Shown here: piece by piece, positions 1-8,557 of the stretch
How positions within the stretch are numbered: the first letter of the stretch is position 1
Layout: every line of letters begins with the position of its first letter
NCBI GenBank assembly: GCA_016198755.1
Contig: JACQIB010000004.1
Location: forward strand, 64,001 to 128,000
Direction of reading: 5' to 3'
Length of the DNA stretch: 64,000 bases
Source of the DNA: Candidatus Aenigmatarchaeota archaeon
GTDB lineage: Archaea; Aenigmatarchaeota; Aenigmatarchaeia; Aenigmatarchaeales; JACQIB01
Notes under the pieces: model-generated
Databases searched by the model: none
Told to the model about the DNA's origin: nothing
Seen by the model: the letters and a program-made list of their open reading frames with translations, nothing else
Translations under genes and position numbers: made by a program

Positions 1-453
1 ATCTACGCCAGCACCACCACATTGTTTCCACCAGACACGCCCATCTGGCCAAATCTCATAATATAATGCATAAATGCTATAGCCCCAATGCAGCCATTCA
101 GCTTTTATCCATTCGTATTCCCCCTCTACAAAAATAGTTTCATTTTTCGGCCTGTTCTCATAAGAAAAATAATAATCATTATATTGTCCATATCTCCAGC
201 TTGTATTACTGTAGTTAGTAACTGTTCCCAGAGGCCAGTTTACCACTAGTAGTTGGTGTGCAACAACGGTCTTTCCATCAGCATCATTCTCAATAACACT
301 TGCAGGTGCTGAAGAATAATATTCAAAGTGAGGTTGGTCTGTTGATGCCTTGAAGGAATAATCTGCTGCAAAAGCTGGCAAGGAAAACAAAATAGCTAAC
401 ATTAAGCCAAGTGTTGCTATAAAAATTGTTCTGTTAAAAGCTTTCGTGTACAT
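1..453 (-). CDS. Secreted hypothetical protein, runs off the left edge
   Basis: Manual translation from ATG 453: MYTKAFNRTIFIATLGLMLAILFSLPAFAADYSF..., signal peptide ending AFA, frame open to position 1 (not in ORF track). Confidence 0.75.
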   Translation of the reverse strand, partial: MYTKAFNRTIFIATLGLMLAILFSLPAFAADYSFKASTDQPHFEYYSSAPASVIENDADGKTVVAHQLLVVNWPLGTVTNYSNTSWRYGQYNDYYFSYENRPKNETIFVEGEYEWIKAEWLHWGYSIYALYYEIWPDGRVWWKQCGGAGVD

Positions 454-595
454 ATAAGAATAAGGTGCTTCAGACATTTAAAGTATGCCTATCATGTTCG
501 TCTTTTGCTTTACTCTATTTCCATCAGCCTTTCTCGCACTTCCTCAGCTTCTGTGAAAATAATATCTTAAAATAAGTCAACTCCGAATAGAATTT

Positions 596-1582
596 ATGGT
601 AAAGTTTGTTGGGAGGGGGAGCTACAAGCCTCCTGAAAATCTATCTTTACAGAGGCAGGTTGTAAGGGAGATGATAGGGCAGGTTATTCCTGTGTATAGG
701 GAGGAGTTCGGAGGGTATGCGGGAGCCTATAGAGCTGGTGTGCCAAGTCTGCAAGTGGAAAGGGGCAGCAGACCATGGTTATATGTTTGCGCGAATGGAG
801 GGGACAGTTTTGATAGGGATGGGGTAAATGAGGACACTGTAAAAAAAGTAGATGCTGCTCTGGAGCGTATAGAGAATAGGGTACATGCTTTGCTGAGGGC
901 GCATAGATATTCTAAAAAAGTTTATTGGTGTATTAATAGCGGGGGACGAGCAGTTTCCACACATATAAGGCCATATCATGGAACCTATACATGCTCAGAG
1001 TGCGAAGATACAATAGAGGACAATTTTTCTGTCTTTAAGGCAGGACATGTCCCTGCTTGCGCGAATAGGCACGAGCATACAGTATTTTCCGATCCCCATT
1101 TTACACAGCTTCTTCACTTGAAAGAGCCAAAAGTTGTTTTCGAGGAGGCTGAGAAAAGAGTTTCTAGAGTTGCTCAATTGGACAGGAGAGCTTTCAGGGT
1201 TGCTGAGGAGCTTAATCTTTGCGCTAAAGAAGATGAGAATTCTTTCCTAAGGTTAGATTTGGAAAGATTTTCCAGAGGGGAAGATAGGCTATATTTTCTA
1301 CAAGAGCAGAAGATTCCTGTTGGTTATATCCTATGGAATAATATGGAGATTTCTAATCTCCCGACTGTTAGACAGCTTTTTGTTCAGTCCGATTATAGGA
1401 AAAGGGGGCTGGGAACGCTTTTAATGCGAGAAACTGTAAAAAAGGAGGCTGGAGAGGGGATTTTCGTGGCTGAAAGCCCAAACAGAAAGTCTATTAACAT
1501 TATGTTAAGGCTTGGCTATGCTGAAAAAAACCCGGACGGCAGTATACTGGGAAAGAGAGTCAGTTTTGTATCAGGCATGTGA
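596..1582 (+). CDS. GNAT acetyltransferase with a preceding C2HC zinc finger and unknown N-terminal domain
   Basis: Motif A QLFVQSDYRKRGLGTLLM; CSEC-x14-H-x3-C upstream. Confidence 0.75.
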   Translation: MVKFVGRGSYKPPENLSLQRQVVREMIGQVIPVYREEFGGYAGAYRAGVPSLQVERGSRPWLYVCANGGDSFDRDGVNEDTVKKVDAALERIENRVHALLRAHRYSKKVYWCINSGGRAVSTHIRPYHGTYTCSECEDTIEDNFSVFKAGHVPACANRHEHTVFSDPHFTQLLHLKEPKVVFEEAEKRVSRVAQLDRRAFRVAEELNLCAKEDENSFLRLDLERFSRGEDRLYFLQEQKIPVGYILWNNMEISNLPTVRQLFVQSDYRKRGLGTLLMRETVKKEAGEGIFVAESPNRKSINIMLRLGYAEKNPDGSILGKRVSFVSGM

Positions 1583-1588
1583 AAAAAG

Positions 1589-2260
1589 CTACTCTATAAC
1601 AGAGCCCACAAACTTCTCCCCGTGCAGGAAATCACTTAAATTATCAATATTGGCTCCGCGTAGGAAAACAACTTTCAGTCCAAGCTTTTCAGCATCCTTT
1701 GCTGCAATAGGGTCAAAAACAGCATTCAACCCAGGAGTCCACTTATTCCCTATTATTTTTCTAACCTCTTTCCAGCCTGCCCTAACCAAAGGCTTTGCTG
1801 AAGGATCCTTTTTCGGGTCAGCAGTATAAACATAGTCCACATTTGTCAGGTTTATAACAGTTTTAGCTCCAGTTTTCTTGGCAACTTCAACAGCATCCTT
1901 GTCTGTGCTATGTCCCGGAAGGTTCCCTCCGAAAAATATAATTTTTTCTGTTTTCGGCGGTTTATTATCTATAATAACCCTTGTGTAAGCTTCCTTTCCA
2001 AAAACAGCCCTTACAAGCTCAGCATTCAGCCTTGTGGCAGCAATCCCAACCCAGTCCACATCAAGTGAGTTTTTAACTCCCAGCTCCCTTGCAGCTGACT
2101 GGTACTTCCTGCAGACCCTACCTCCACCGCAGATAAGGTAGAATTGTTTCCTGCTTTTCAGGGATAAAACCAAATCGCGAAACTTCCTCAAGAACTCTGT
2201 ATCCACTTCCTCAGGAACGATTATAGAGCCCCCAACACTGATTATAACTTTATCCCGCAT
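1589..2260 (-). CDS. pyrH: Uridylate kinase (archaeal type)
   Basis: ISVGGS, CGGG, DWVGIAATRLNA, PGHSTD, TNVDYVYTADPK, FDPIA. Confidence 0.95.
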   Translation of the reverse strand: MRDKVIISVGGSIIVPEEVDTEFLRKFRDLVLSLKSRKQFYLICGGGRVCRKYQSAARELGVKNSLDVDWVGIAATRLNAELVRAVFGKEAYTRVIIDNKPPKTEKIIFFGGNLPGHSTDKDAVEVAKKTGAKTVINLTNVDYVYTADPKKDPSAKPLVRAGWKEVRKIIGNKWTPGLNAVFDPIAAKDAEKLGLKVVFLRGANIDNLSDFLHGEKFVGSVIE

Positions 2261-2454
2261 GCGAAAGCTTTCCCAGAGCGAGAATAAAAAGCTACTGCTT
2301 TTAATATTGATCAGAGATAAAGCATTTGTTGGTTTAATGAAAGAGTTGTTTAGAAACTACTATAAACATGCAGATGCCGCTTAGGCTATTTTGTATTATA
2401 ATAAAAAGCTTATCTGGCAGAGGGTTTTTATTCATAGAAAAACAAGATAATATA

Positions 2455-3012
2455 ATGATAGAGTTTGAGGTGCGATTCCCCCTGCAAAGGAATGTTTCAA
2501 AAGAGCTTATAAGATTGGGTCTCAAAAAGAAAGATACTTACAGCATGGCAGACCTGATTTTCCACCCGAGAGACTGGCCGCACGGGAAGAAAATTTGCCC
2601 TGGCTATTTTATTGTCAGGATAAGGCTGGTTAAGGGAAAAAAACCAAGGATGGAGATGAAGGAGTTTTTGGACAAGGATAGCTGGAGGGAGACAGGCTTT
2701 GAAATTTCAGATCCTAAAGGAGCCGCAACAATTCTCTCAAAAGTCCTCCTCCCTCTGTACCCTATTGTAAAACAAAGGGAAATTTGGAGAAAAGGAAAAA
2801 TAGAGGTTTCTGTGGATAATGTGGATCACTTGGGAAAGTATATTGAAATAGAAGGAAAGAAAACAGAAGTTGAAAAGGTTGCAAACTCTCTTGGTTTTTC
2901 CATTGAAAGCTCAAAGAGAAACTATGGAACACAGCTGTGGTATCTGAGGGAGAAAGGGAAGATAAAACTGGGCCAAAAAGATATAGAAAGTATTCTGCGG
3001 AAGTTTATATAG
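2455..3012 (+). CDS. CYTH/class IV adenylate cyclase-like protein
   Basis: IEFEVRF (ExExR), VKQREIW, DNVDHLGKYIEIEG, C-terminal NY; start moved to ATG 2455. Confidence 0.8.
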   Translation: MIEFEVRFPLQRNVSKELIRLGLKKKDTYSMADLIFHPRDWPHGKKICPGYFIVRIRLVKGKKPRMEMKEFLDKDSWRETGFEISDPKGAATILSKVLLPLYPIVKQREIWRKGKIEVSVDNVDHLGKYIEIEGKKTEVEKVANSLGFSIESSKRNYGTQLWYLREKGKIKLGQKDIESILRKFI

Positions 3013-3016
3013 TAAA

Positions 3017-4603
3017 TCACCTTGCACATGCCTTTACAAACCCAAAAAACAGAGGAGATGGTTTTTCGAGCCTGCTTTTGAACTCTGGATGAGCTTGGGT
3101 TCCGACAAAAAACTTATGCTTTGGAAGTTCTATAAACTCTGCCAAGTTTTTATAAAAGCCAGAGAAAACCAAACCCTTCTTTTGTAAGAGTGGAACAAAG
3201 CGCGGATTAACCTCAAACCTGTGTCTGTGCCTTTCTACAGCTTTCCCACTCTCATAAAGCCTGCTCACAACAGAACCTTTCTTTAAAACAGCAGTATAAT
3301 CTCCCAGCCTCATTGTCCCTCCTTTCTTTTTTACTCCCCGTTGTTCTGGCTGTAGGAAAATAACTGGATATTTTGTTTTTTGGTCTATTTCAGTGCTGTT
3401 TGCACCTTTCATTCCAACACTTCGCGCAAACTCAGCAACAGCTAACTGCATTCCAAAACAAAGCCCTAGAAATGGTAAATTGTTTTCCCTTGCAAACTTT
3501 ATACAAGCTATTTTCCCTTCTGTACCGCGCGATCCAAACCCCCCAGGAACAATAATCCCGTCAGCTCCTTTCAAAGCATCCTGCACAGAAACCTTCTTTT
3601 CCTCAATATTTGTTGTTTCCACAAATCCCAGTTCAATTTTACAGGAGCAGTGAGCAGCAGCATGTTTCAAAGCTTCAGAAAGGCTGTAATAGCTGTCTTT
3701 CAGTTCTGTATACTTCCCGCAAATCTTTATTTTCACTGTTTTCTTTGGGTTTTCAAGAGAGTTCAAAAGCCTTCTCCATTCCTTCAGATTATAGTCCAGC
3801 TTTATATCAAATTTTTTCTCAAGCAGCTTTGGCACTCCCTCATCCTCAAATATAATTGGTAGTTTGTAAACATTCTCAAGGTTTGGGTTGCTTACAACAG
3901 CTTCTGTTGGCAGGTTAGAGTATAATGCAATTTTCTCCCTTACTTTTTCAGCTAAGTTTGTGTTTGCCCTGCACACGATAAGGTCAGGCTGTATTCCCCT
4001 TTCCCTTAACAATTCAACAGACTGTTGTGTAGGTTTGGATTTTTGTTCCCCAACAGCATCAATAACAGGCACATAAGTTACGTGAACAAAGAAAACATCC
4101 CCCTTATTTTCCATCCATGTCTGCCTTGCAGCCTCCACATACAGTTCATTCTCTATATCCCCAACAGTTCCCCCAATCTCTATCAGCAAAACCTGCGCCT
4201 TTTCTTTTGTTCCAATTTGCCTCCAGAATCCTTTAATTTCATTCACAACGTGCGGTACCATCTGCACTGTTTTCCCTAAAAATTCCCCCTTTCTCTCTTT
4301 TTCTATAACAGAATGAAAAACTTTTCCCATTGTAAGGTTCTGGTTCTTTGTGCATTCAATTCCAAAAAACCTCTCATAATGGCCAAAATCCATATCCACT
4401 TCCCCCCCGTCTTTCAGAACAAAAACTTCCCCATGTTCAACGGGATTCATTGTTCCCGGATCCACATTCAAATATCCATCGCACTTTACAGGAACAACCT
4501 TATACCCCTCAAAAAACCTACCAATAGAAGCAGCTACTATCCCCTTACCAAGTCCTGACAAAACCCCTCCAGTTATGAACACCCACTTCACAAGAGCCCG
4601 CAC
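3017..4603 (-). CDS. pyrG: CTP synthase
   Basis: FITGGVLSGLGKG, NVDPGTMNP, GGTVGDIE, GLCFGMQ, RHRHRFE, QAHPEF; true start may be GTG 4591. Confidence 0.97.
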   Translation of the reverse strand: MRALVKWVFITGGVLSGLGKGIVAASIGRFFEGYKVVPVKCDGYLNVDPGTMNPVEHGEVFVLKDGGEVDMDFGHYERFFGIECTKNQNLTMGKVFHSVIEKERKGEFLGKTVQMVPHVVNEIKGFWRQIGTKEKAQVLLIEIGGTVGDIENELYVEAARQTWMENKGDVFFVHVTYVPVIDAVGEQKSKPTQQSVELLRERGIQPDLIVCRANTNLAEKVREKIALYSNLPTEAVVSNPNLENVYKLPIIFEDEGVPKLLEKKFDIKLDYNLKEWRRLLNSLENPKKTVKIKICGKYTELKDSYYSLSEALKHAAAHCSCKIELGFVETTNIEEKKVSVQDALKGADGIIVPGGFGSRGTEGKIACIKFARENNLPFLGLCFGMQLAVAEFARSVGMKGANSTEIDQKTKYPVIFLQPEQRGVKKKGGTMRLGDYTAVLKKGSVVSRLYESGKAVERHRHRFEVNPRFVPLLQKKGLVFSGFYKNLAEFIELPKHKFFVGTQAHPEFKSRLEKPSPLFFGFVKACAR

Positions 4604-4643
4604 AAAGATTCAACTGCTGTGCTTTTAAAGATTTCTTTCCAAC

Positions 4644-5492
4644 TCAAACACTCCTCAAAGTCCCCAAGTCAACTTTCACTATCCCAAGTTGGCAGTCTTC
4701 CCTATAGTTTAATCTGCCCAACCCTAAAAGGCTACTGAAGTTTCCATTTATCATACCCATTGCATACATGCTGGCTGGTCTAAATCCTGCAAGGTAGGAT
4801 AAAACACTTTTCATTGTACTCCCCTCGCAAATATCATCATCCACTACAAGCACTGTTTTCCCATTGCAAGGAGAAAGGTATTCTCTTTCGTCTGCAGCAG
4901 CAGGTATTTTTGGTTTGCTATCATGCCTGCGGTTTGGTGAATATCTTACAGGTATTGTTTGTGCTGTTTCAGTTATGTAACCTGCTATGCAGCCGGGTTC
5001 TATCCCTCCAGAACCAATAGGAACTATAATATCAGGCCTTATTTTTTCTAGAATTTCTGGCAGTGCATCAGCATGGGTTTTTAATCTCCAAAACTTGTCC
5101 TTCAGCCACCTGCGCTCTGAAATATCCTTGCTTCCATATTGCACAATCCTGTCTGCATATACTCTAAACTCCTGTCCAATAGCTTCCATATCCACTTTCC
5201 TGCCCCCATAGAACTCTCCTGCAAACCTTTCCCCAATTTTCAAGGATTTTTCTAAAACACGTTTCTGCTCTTTCCATATTTGATCAACATGATTATCTGA
5301 AAGAGGCACCACTAATCCATCCAAAAGCATCTCTATTGTAAGGAACACACCTTCCCTGAAATGGAGTGTTGTTTGCCCTTTCCCAAGATCTTCCAGTATA
5401 TGCTGCAGGTCAGCTATTGGGGGATGATGTAAAGCTTCGTTATTATACCTCTCACGAATATCAAATTCCTGAAGTCTTCTCATTATAATCAA
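4644..5492 (-). CDS. Type I phosphoribosyltransferase-domain protein with N-terminal extension
   Basis: IVPIGSGG loop and PRPP motif VLVVDDDICEGSTM. Confidence 0.75.
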   Translation of the reverse strand: MIIMRRLQEFDIRERYNNEALHHPPIADLQHILEDLGKGQTTLHFREGVFLTIEMLLDGLVVPLSDNHVDQIWKEQKRVLEKSLKIGERFAGEFYGGRKVDMEAIGQEFRVYADRIVQYGSKDISERRWLKDKFWRLKTHADALPEILEKIRPDIIVPIGSGGIEPGCIAGYITETAQTIPVRYSPNRRHDSKPKIPAAADEREYLSPCNGKTVLVVDDDICEGSTMKSVLSYLAGFRPASMYAMGMINGNFSSLLGLGRLNYREDCQLGIVKVDLGTLRSV

Positions 5493-5591
5493 TAAAGGCT
5501 GGGAAACTAACTTTTAAATAGGCTTCACTGCCCAGCGAGTATAACACTGTTATTTATAAATGCTGGAGCAGCCTATACTAGGTAGGTTAAA

Positions 5592-5858
5592 ATGAGTGTT
5601 GGCGTTTTTAACTTAGATATTAAAGGAAACAAGTGGGACCTGGACAGGGAAAAGTGCATTAAGTGCGGGGCCTGCGTAGCTGTCTGTCCATTTACAGCTT
5701 TGGAGCTGCCAGAGTTTCCTGAAGTGAATGAAAAGTGCATTTTCTGCAATATATGTGCAATGGCCTGCCCAGTGGATGCAATAAAAGTAGTAAAAACAAA
5801 CAAGTCTGCTGTTGTGGATAAGAGTACAAAAGATATTTCAACTTTATCAAAAATGTGA
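5592..5858 (+). CDS. 2x[4Fe-4S] ferredoxin
   Basis: Two CxxCxxCxxxCP motifs; overlaps the GGR start. Confidence 0.92.
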   Translation: MSVGVFNLDIKGNKWDLDREKCIKCGACVAVCPFTALELPEFPEVNEKCIFCNICAMACPVDAIKVVKTNKSAVVDKSTKDISTLSKM

Positions 5859-7069
5859 TTTCCATGGATGAATTTGATGTAATTATAGTAGGAGCAGGGC
5901 CTGCAGGTGCAAGCTGCGCGCGCCAAATTATGGAGAAGAACCCTTCTCTCAGTGTAATGATGTTTGATCGCAGAGAAGAGTTGGGAGTTCCAGTTAGGTG
6001 TGGGGAGGGGTTGGAGCAGGCTGCTGAGGATTATACAGGTCCAATACCCAAAAGGGCAATTTGCAAGTATATTAAAGGAGCAAGGGTTTATGCTCCGGAC
6101 GGAAGGTTTTTGGAAGCTGATATGACAAAGATGGCTGGGGGAAGGGGCGGATATGTTTTAGATAGAAAAGTTTTCGATAAGTGGCTTGCTTTCGAGGCAG
6201 TTAAAAAAGGGGCTACAGTTCAGTGTGATACCCTAATAACAGATTTGATTGTGGAGAATGGATGGATTCGCGGTGTTCGCGGAATAAACATGGGAAAGGA
6301 GATTGTAGCACGCGCTAAAGTTGTGGTTTGTTCCACTGGTGCTGAGAGCAGATTGGGAATGCAGTCAGGCTTAAAAACTTTCTGCAAAGCCCAGCTAGTG
6401 GATACTTGTGTTGAGTATGAAATGACAGGTTCTCTTGCAGACGAGGAATTTATTCATTTAATGCTGGGCTCGGATATAGCACCGAGAGGATACGCTTGGA
6501 TTTTTCCAAAAGGAGACGGGATTGCTAATGTTGGAGTTGGTGTAATACCTAGTCCGGATCCAATGAAAACAGCACTTATTTATCAGGAGAAGTTTTTGAA
6601 AAAGTATGCGCAGTTTTTTGATGGGAAAAGGAATATAATGGAAATTAAGGGTGGCATAGTTCCAGTAGGGGATTTAATGAAGGATATGGTTACAAATGGG
6701 TTCTTAGTTTGCGGGGAAGCAGCTCATCATGTGAATCCTATACACGGGGGAGGAATTAAAGAAGCTATAGTTTCAGGGCAGCTTGCAGGGGATGTTGTTG
6801 CAGGAGCTTTGGGAAAGAACGATTTCAGTAAACAAGGGTTAAGTTCATTTAACCCCCTCTGGTGGGAGGTTAGAGGGAATCATTTGAGAAATGTGGAAAA
6901 ATTAAGGGAGGTTTTTGAAAAATTCAGCGATAAAGATCTGAATGATTTGGTAGATGCTTTAACTCCTGAGGATTTGATAGACTTCAGCCGCGGGCAAAAA
7001 TTAGGAACTCTTGCAAAAATTTTGCTGCGCAAGCCCTCACTCATGTTTTTAGCAAAGAAACTTTTATAA
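5855..7069 (+). CDS. Geranylgeranyl reductase (digeranylgeranylglycerophospholipid reductase)
   Basis: GAGPAG, PVRCGEG, APRGYAWIFPKG (PxxYxWxFP), NPIHGGGI. Confidence 0.9.
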   Translation: MISMDEFDVIIVGAGPAGASCARQIMEKNPSLSVMMFDRREELGVPVRCGEGLEQAAEDYTGPIPKRAICKYIKGARVYAPDGRFLEADMTKMAGGRGGYVLDRKVFDKWLAFEAVKKGATVQCDTLITDLIVENGWIRGVRGINMGKEIVARAKVVVCSTGAESRLGMQSGLKTFCKAQLVDTCVEYEMTGSLADEEFIHLMLGSDIAPRGYAWIFPKGDGIANVGVGVIPSPDPMKTALIYQEKFLKKYAQFFDGKRNIMEIKGGIVPVGDLMKDMVTNGFLVCGEAAHHVNPIHGGGIKEAIVSGQLAGDVVAGALGKNDFSKQGLSSFNPLWWEVRGNHLRNVEKLREVFEKFSDKDLNDLVDALTPEDLIDFSRGQKLGTLAKILLRKPSLMFLAKKLL

Positions 7070-7091
7070 CAGTTCCAACAACTCAGATTTC

Positions 7092-7826
7092 TTAGGCTTC
7101 TGCTTTTCCATAACGTGTAGTAAGCCAGTCAACATATTCAAAAGGATCAGCTAGCGGAGGGCGGTGCCTGAAAACAACAGGACTTTCCCTTAAAGATTTC
7201 TCTGCCTCCCCAAGCTGCTTTTCAGTGTTTATTGAAAGCCAGCGCCCCTTATACTTATGTTCTTTCAGCCTCACCTGCTTGAATGTGGTGGTTTCAAAAT
7301 CCCCGTTTTCAGGAAGTGGAATGCCACGCTGGAAAAGGTATATTCCAGTATTTGCCCATACATCAGGGAGAACAGGCTTCTGGTCAATTTTTATCCATTC
7401 ACCGTCTTCTCTGAAAACAATTCCATACTGTTGTGGAAATAGCGAAGATACGAGCGCATTATGCCCTGTACAAGCCTTTCCAAACTCAGCCAGATCCAAT
7501 TCAGAAAAAACATCATCCCCGTTTATAACAAAGAATTCCGTATCAGTTACATGATCCAAAGCTTTTCTCACAGCCCCCCCCGTTCCCAAAGGGTTTGTTT
7601 CAATTGAGTAAGTAAATTTTCCGTTTCCATAATAGTCTTTTATTATATCATTCCTGTAGCCAGCAGCTAAAATAACATGTCTTATACCTGCAGCATCCAT
7701 CATTTCCAGATGGTAATCAAGCAGTGGTCTCCCGCCAAGTGGTGCCATACACTTTGGTATTGTTTCTGTTAAGGGCCTCATTCTTTTTGCAAGCCCGCCG
7801 CATAGAACCACAGCTGTTTCTGGCAT
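7092..7826 (-). CDS. Sugar-phosphate nucleotidyltransferase family
   Basis: LCGGLAKRMRPLT-x3-PK, PLGTGGA, NGD. Confidence 0.85.
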   Translation of the reverse strand: MPETAVVLCGGLAKRMRPLTETIPKCMAPLGGRPLLDYHLEMMDAAGIRHVILAAGYRNDIIKDYYGNGKFTYSIETNPLGTGGAVRKALDHVTDTEFFVINGDDVFSELDLAEFGKACTGHNALVSSLFPQQYGIVFREDGEWIKIDQKPVLPDVWANTGIYLFQRGIPLPENGDFETTTFKQVRLKEHKYKGRWLSINTEKQLGEAEKSLRESPVVFRHRPPLADPFEYVDWLTTRYGKAEA

Positions 7827-7906
7827 GCGAACTATACTGCAAAAAGGGATTTAAGCCTTATGCACTTCTAAAAAAAGCTTATAAAGTTCTGTTACCCATT
7901 CCCAGT

Positions 7907-8194
7907 ATGGTAACAAAGCAGGATGTGGAAAAGGCTCTTAGGCAGGTATTTGATCCTGAGCTCAATGTGGATATAATGAGTTTGGAGCTTATCTATAATA
8001 TAGATGTGAAACAGGATAAGGTTAGCATACGAATGACTTTTACAAGTATAGGGTGTCCATATGGGCCTGAGCTGAAGAACGAAGTTTCAAGAAAGGTTAT
8101 GGATATCCCAGGGGTCAAGGGCGTGGATATAGATATTGTTTTTGACCCTCCATGGCAGCCCTCTGAGGCTGTAAAAGCAATGTTTGGGCTCTGA
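7907..8194 (+). CDS. DUF59/SufT-type Fe-S maturation factor
   Basis: DPEL-x-VDI-x2-L-x-LIY, T-x-T-x2-GCP, FDPPW; start moved to ATG 7907. Confidence 0.9.
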   Translation: MVTKQDVEKALRQVFDPELNVDIMSLELIYNIDVKQDKVSIRMTFTSIGCPYGPELKNEVSRKVMDIPGVKGVDIDIVFDPPWQPSEAVKAMFGL

Positions 8195-8212
8195 TTCTGC
8201 AGGAGACAAATC

Positions 8213-8255
8213 TTTATATAGGACTAAAATTCAATTAAAGTTGACTTTAAATCAA
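8213..8255 (+). promoter_or_regulatory. TATA box (TTTATATA 8213-8220) and inverted repeat TTGA-n7-TCAA (8241-8255) upstream of the wHTH-smc operon
   Basis: Read from sequence; the repeat lies at the expected transcription start. Confidence 0.45.
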
Positions 8256-8269
8256 TAAGAGTTGTTAAA

Positions 8270-8557
8270 ATGACAGATATACCCAATCTATTGGGCTCTG
8301 AATCAAGGGTAGCAATACTCAGAAAGCTATGTTCTACACCAGCTCAGGATTTTGCTGTTTCTGACCTTTCAGAAGAGCTTAAAATAGACAAAGCTCTGGT
8401 TTCCAGGCTTGTTAACGGCTTTCAAAAGGATGGACTTGTTCTTGTAAACAGGAGGAGGAACCTAAAATTATGCAAAATAAATCCTGAGAGTGCAACATAC
8501 CAGTTCCTGCGCAAAACATTTGAGAATGAGAAGCTTTTGGATGGTGGGAAAAAATGA
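8270..8557 (+). CDS. Winged-helix (ArsR-like) DNA-binding protein, first gene of the smc operon
   Basis: LLGSESRVAILRKL...VSDLSEELKIDKALVSRLV HTH plus wing; ATGA overlap with smc. Confidence 0.8.
   Translation: MTDIPNLLGSESRVAILRKLCSTPAQDFAVSDLSEELKIDKALVSRLVNGFQKDGLVLVNRRRNLKLCKINPESATYQFLRKTFENEKLLDGGKK

Noticed and set aside
480-572. Short minus-strand stretch reading ...FTEAEEVRERLMEIE* that looks like a gene tail
   Set aside because: Too short, with no start or family signal, to call a pseudogene
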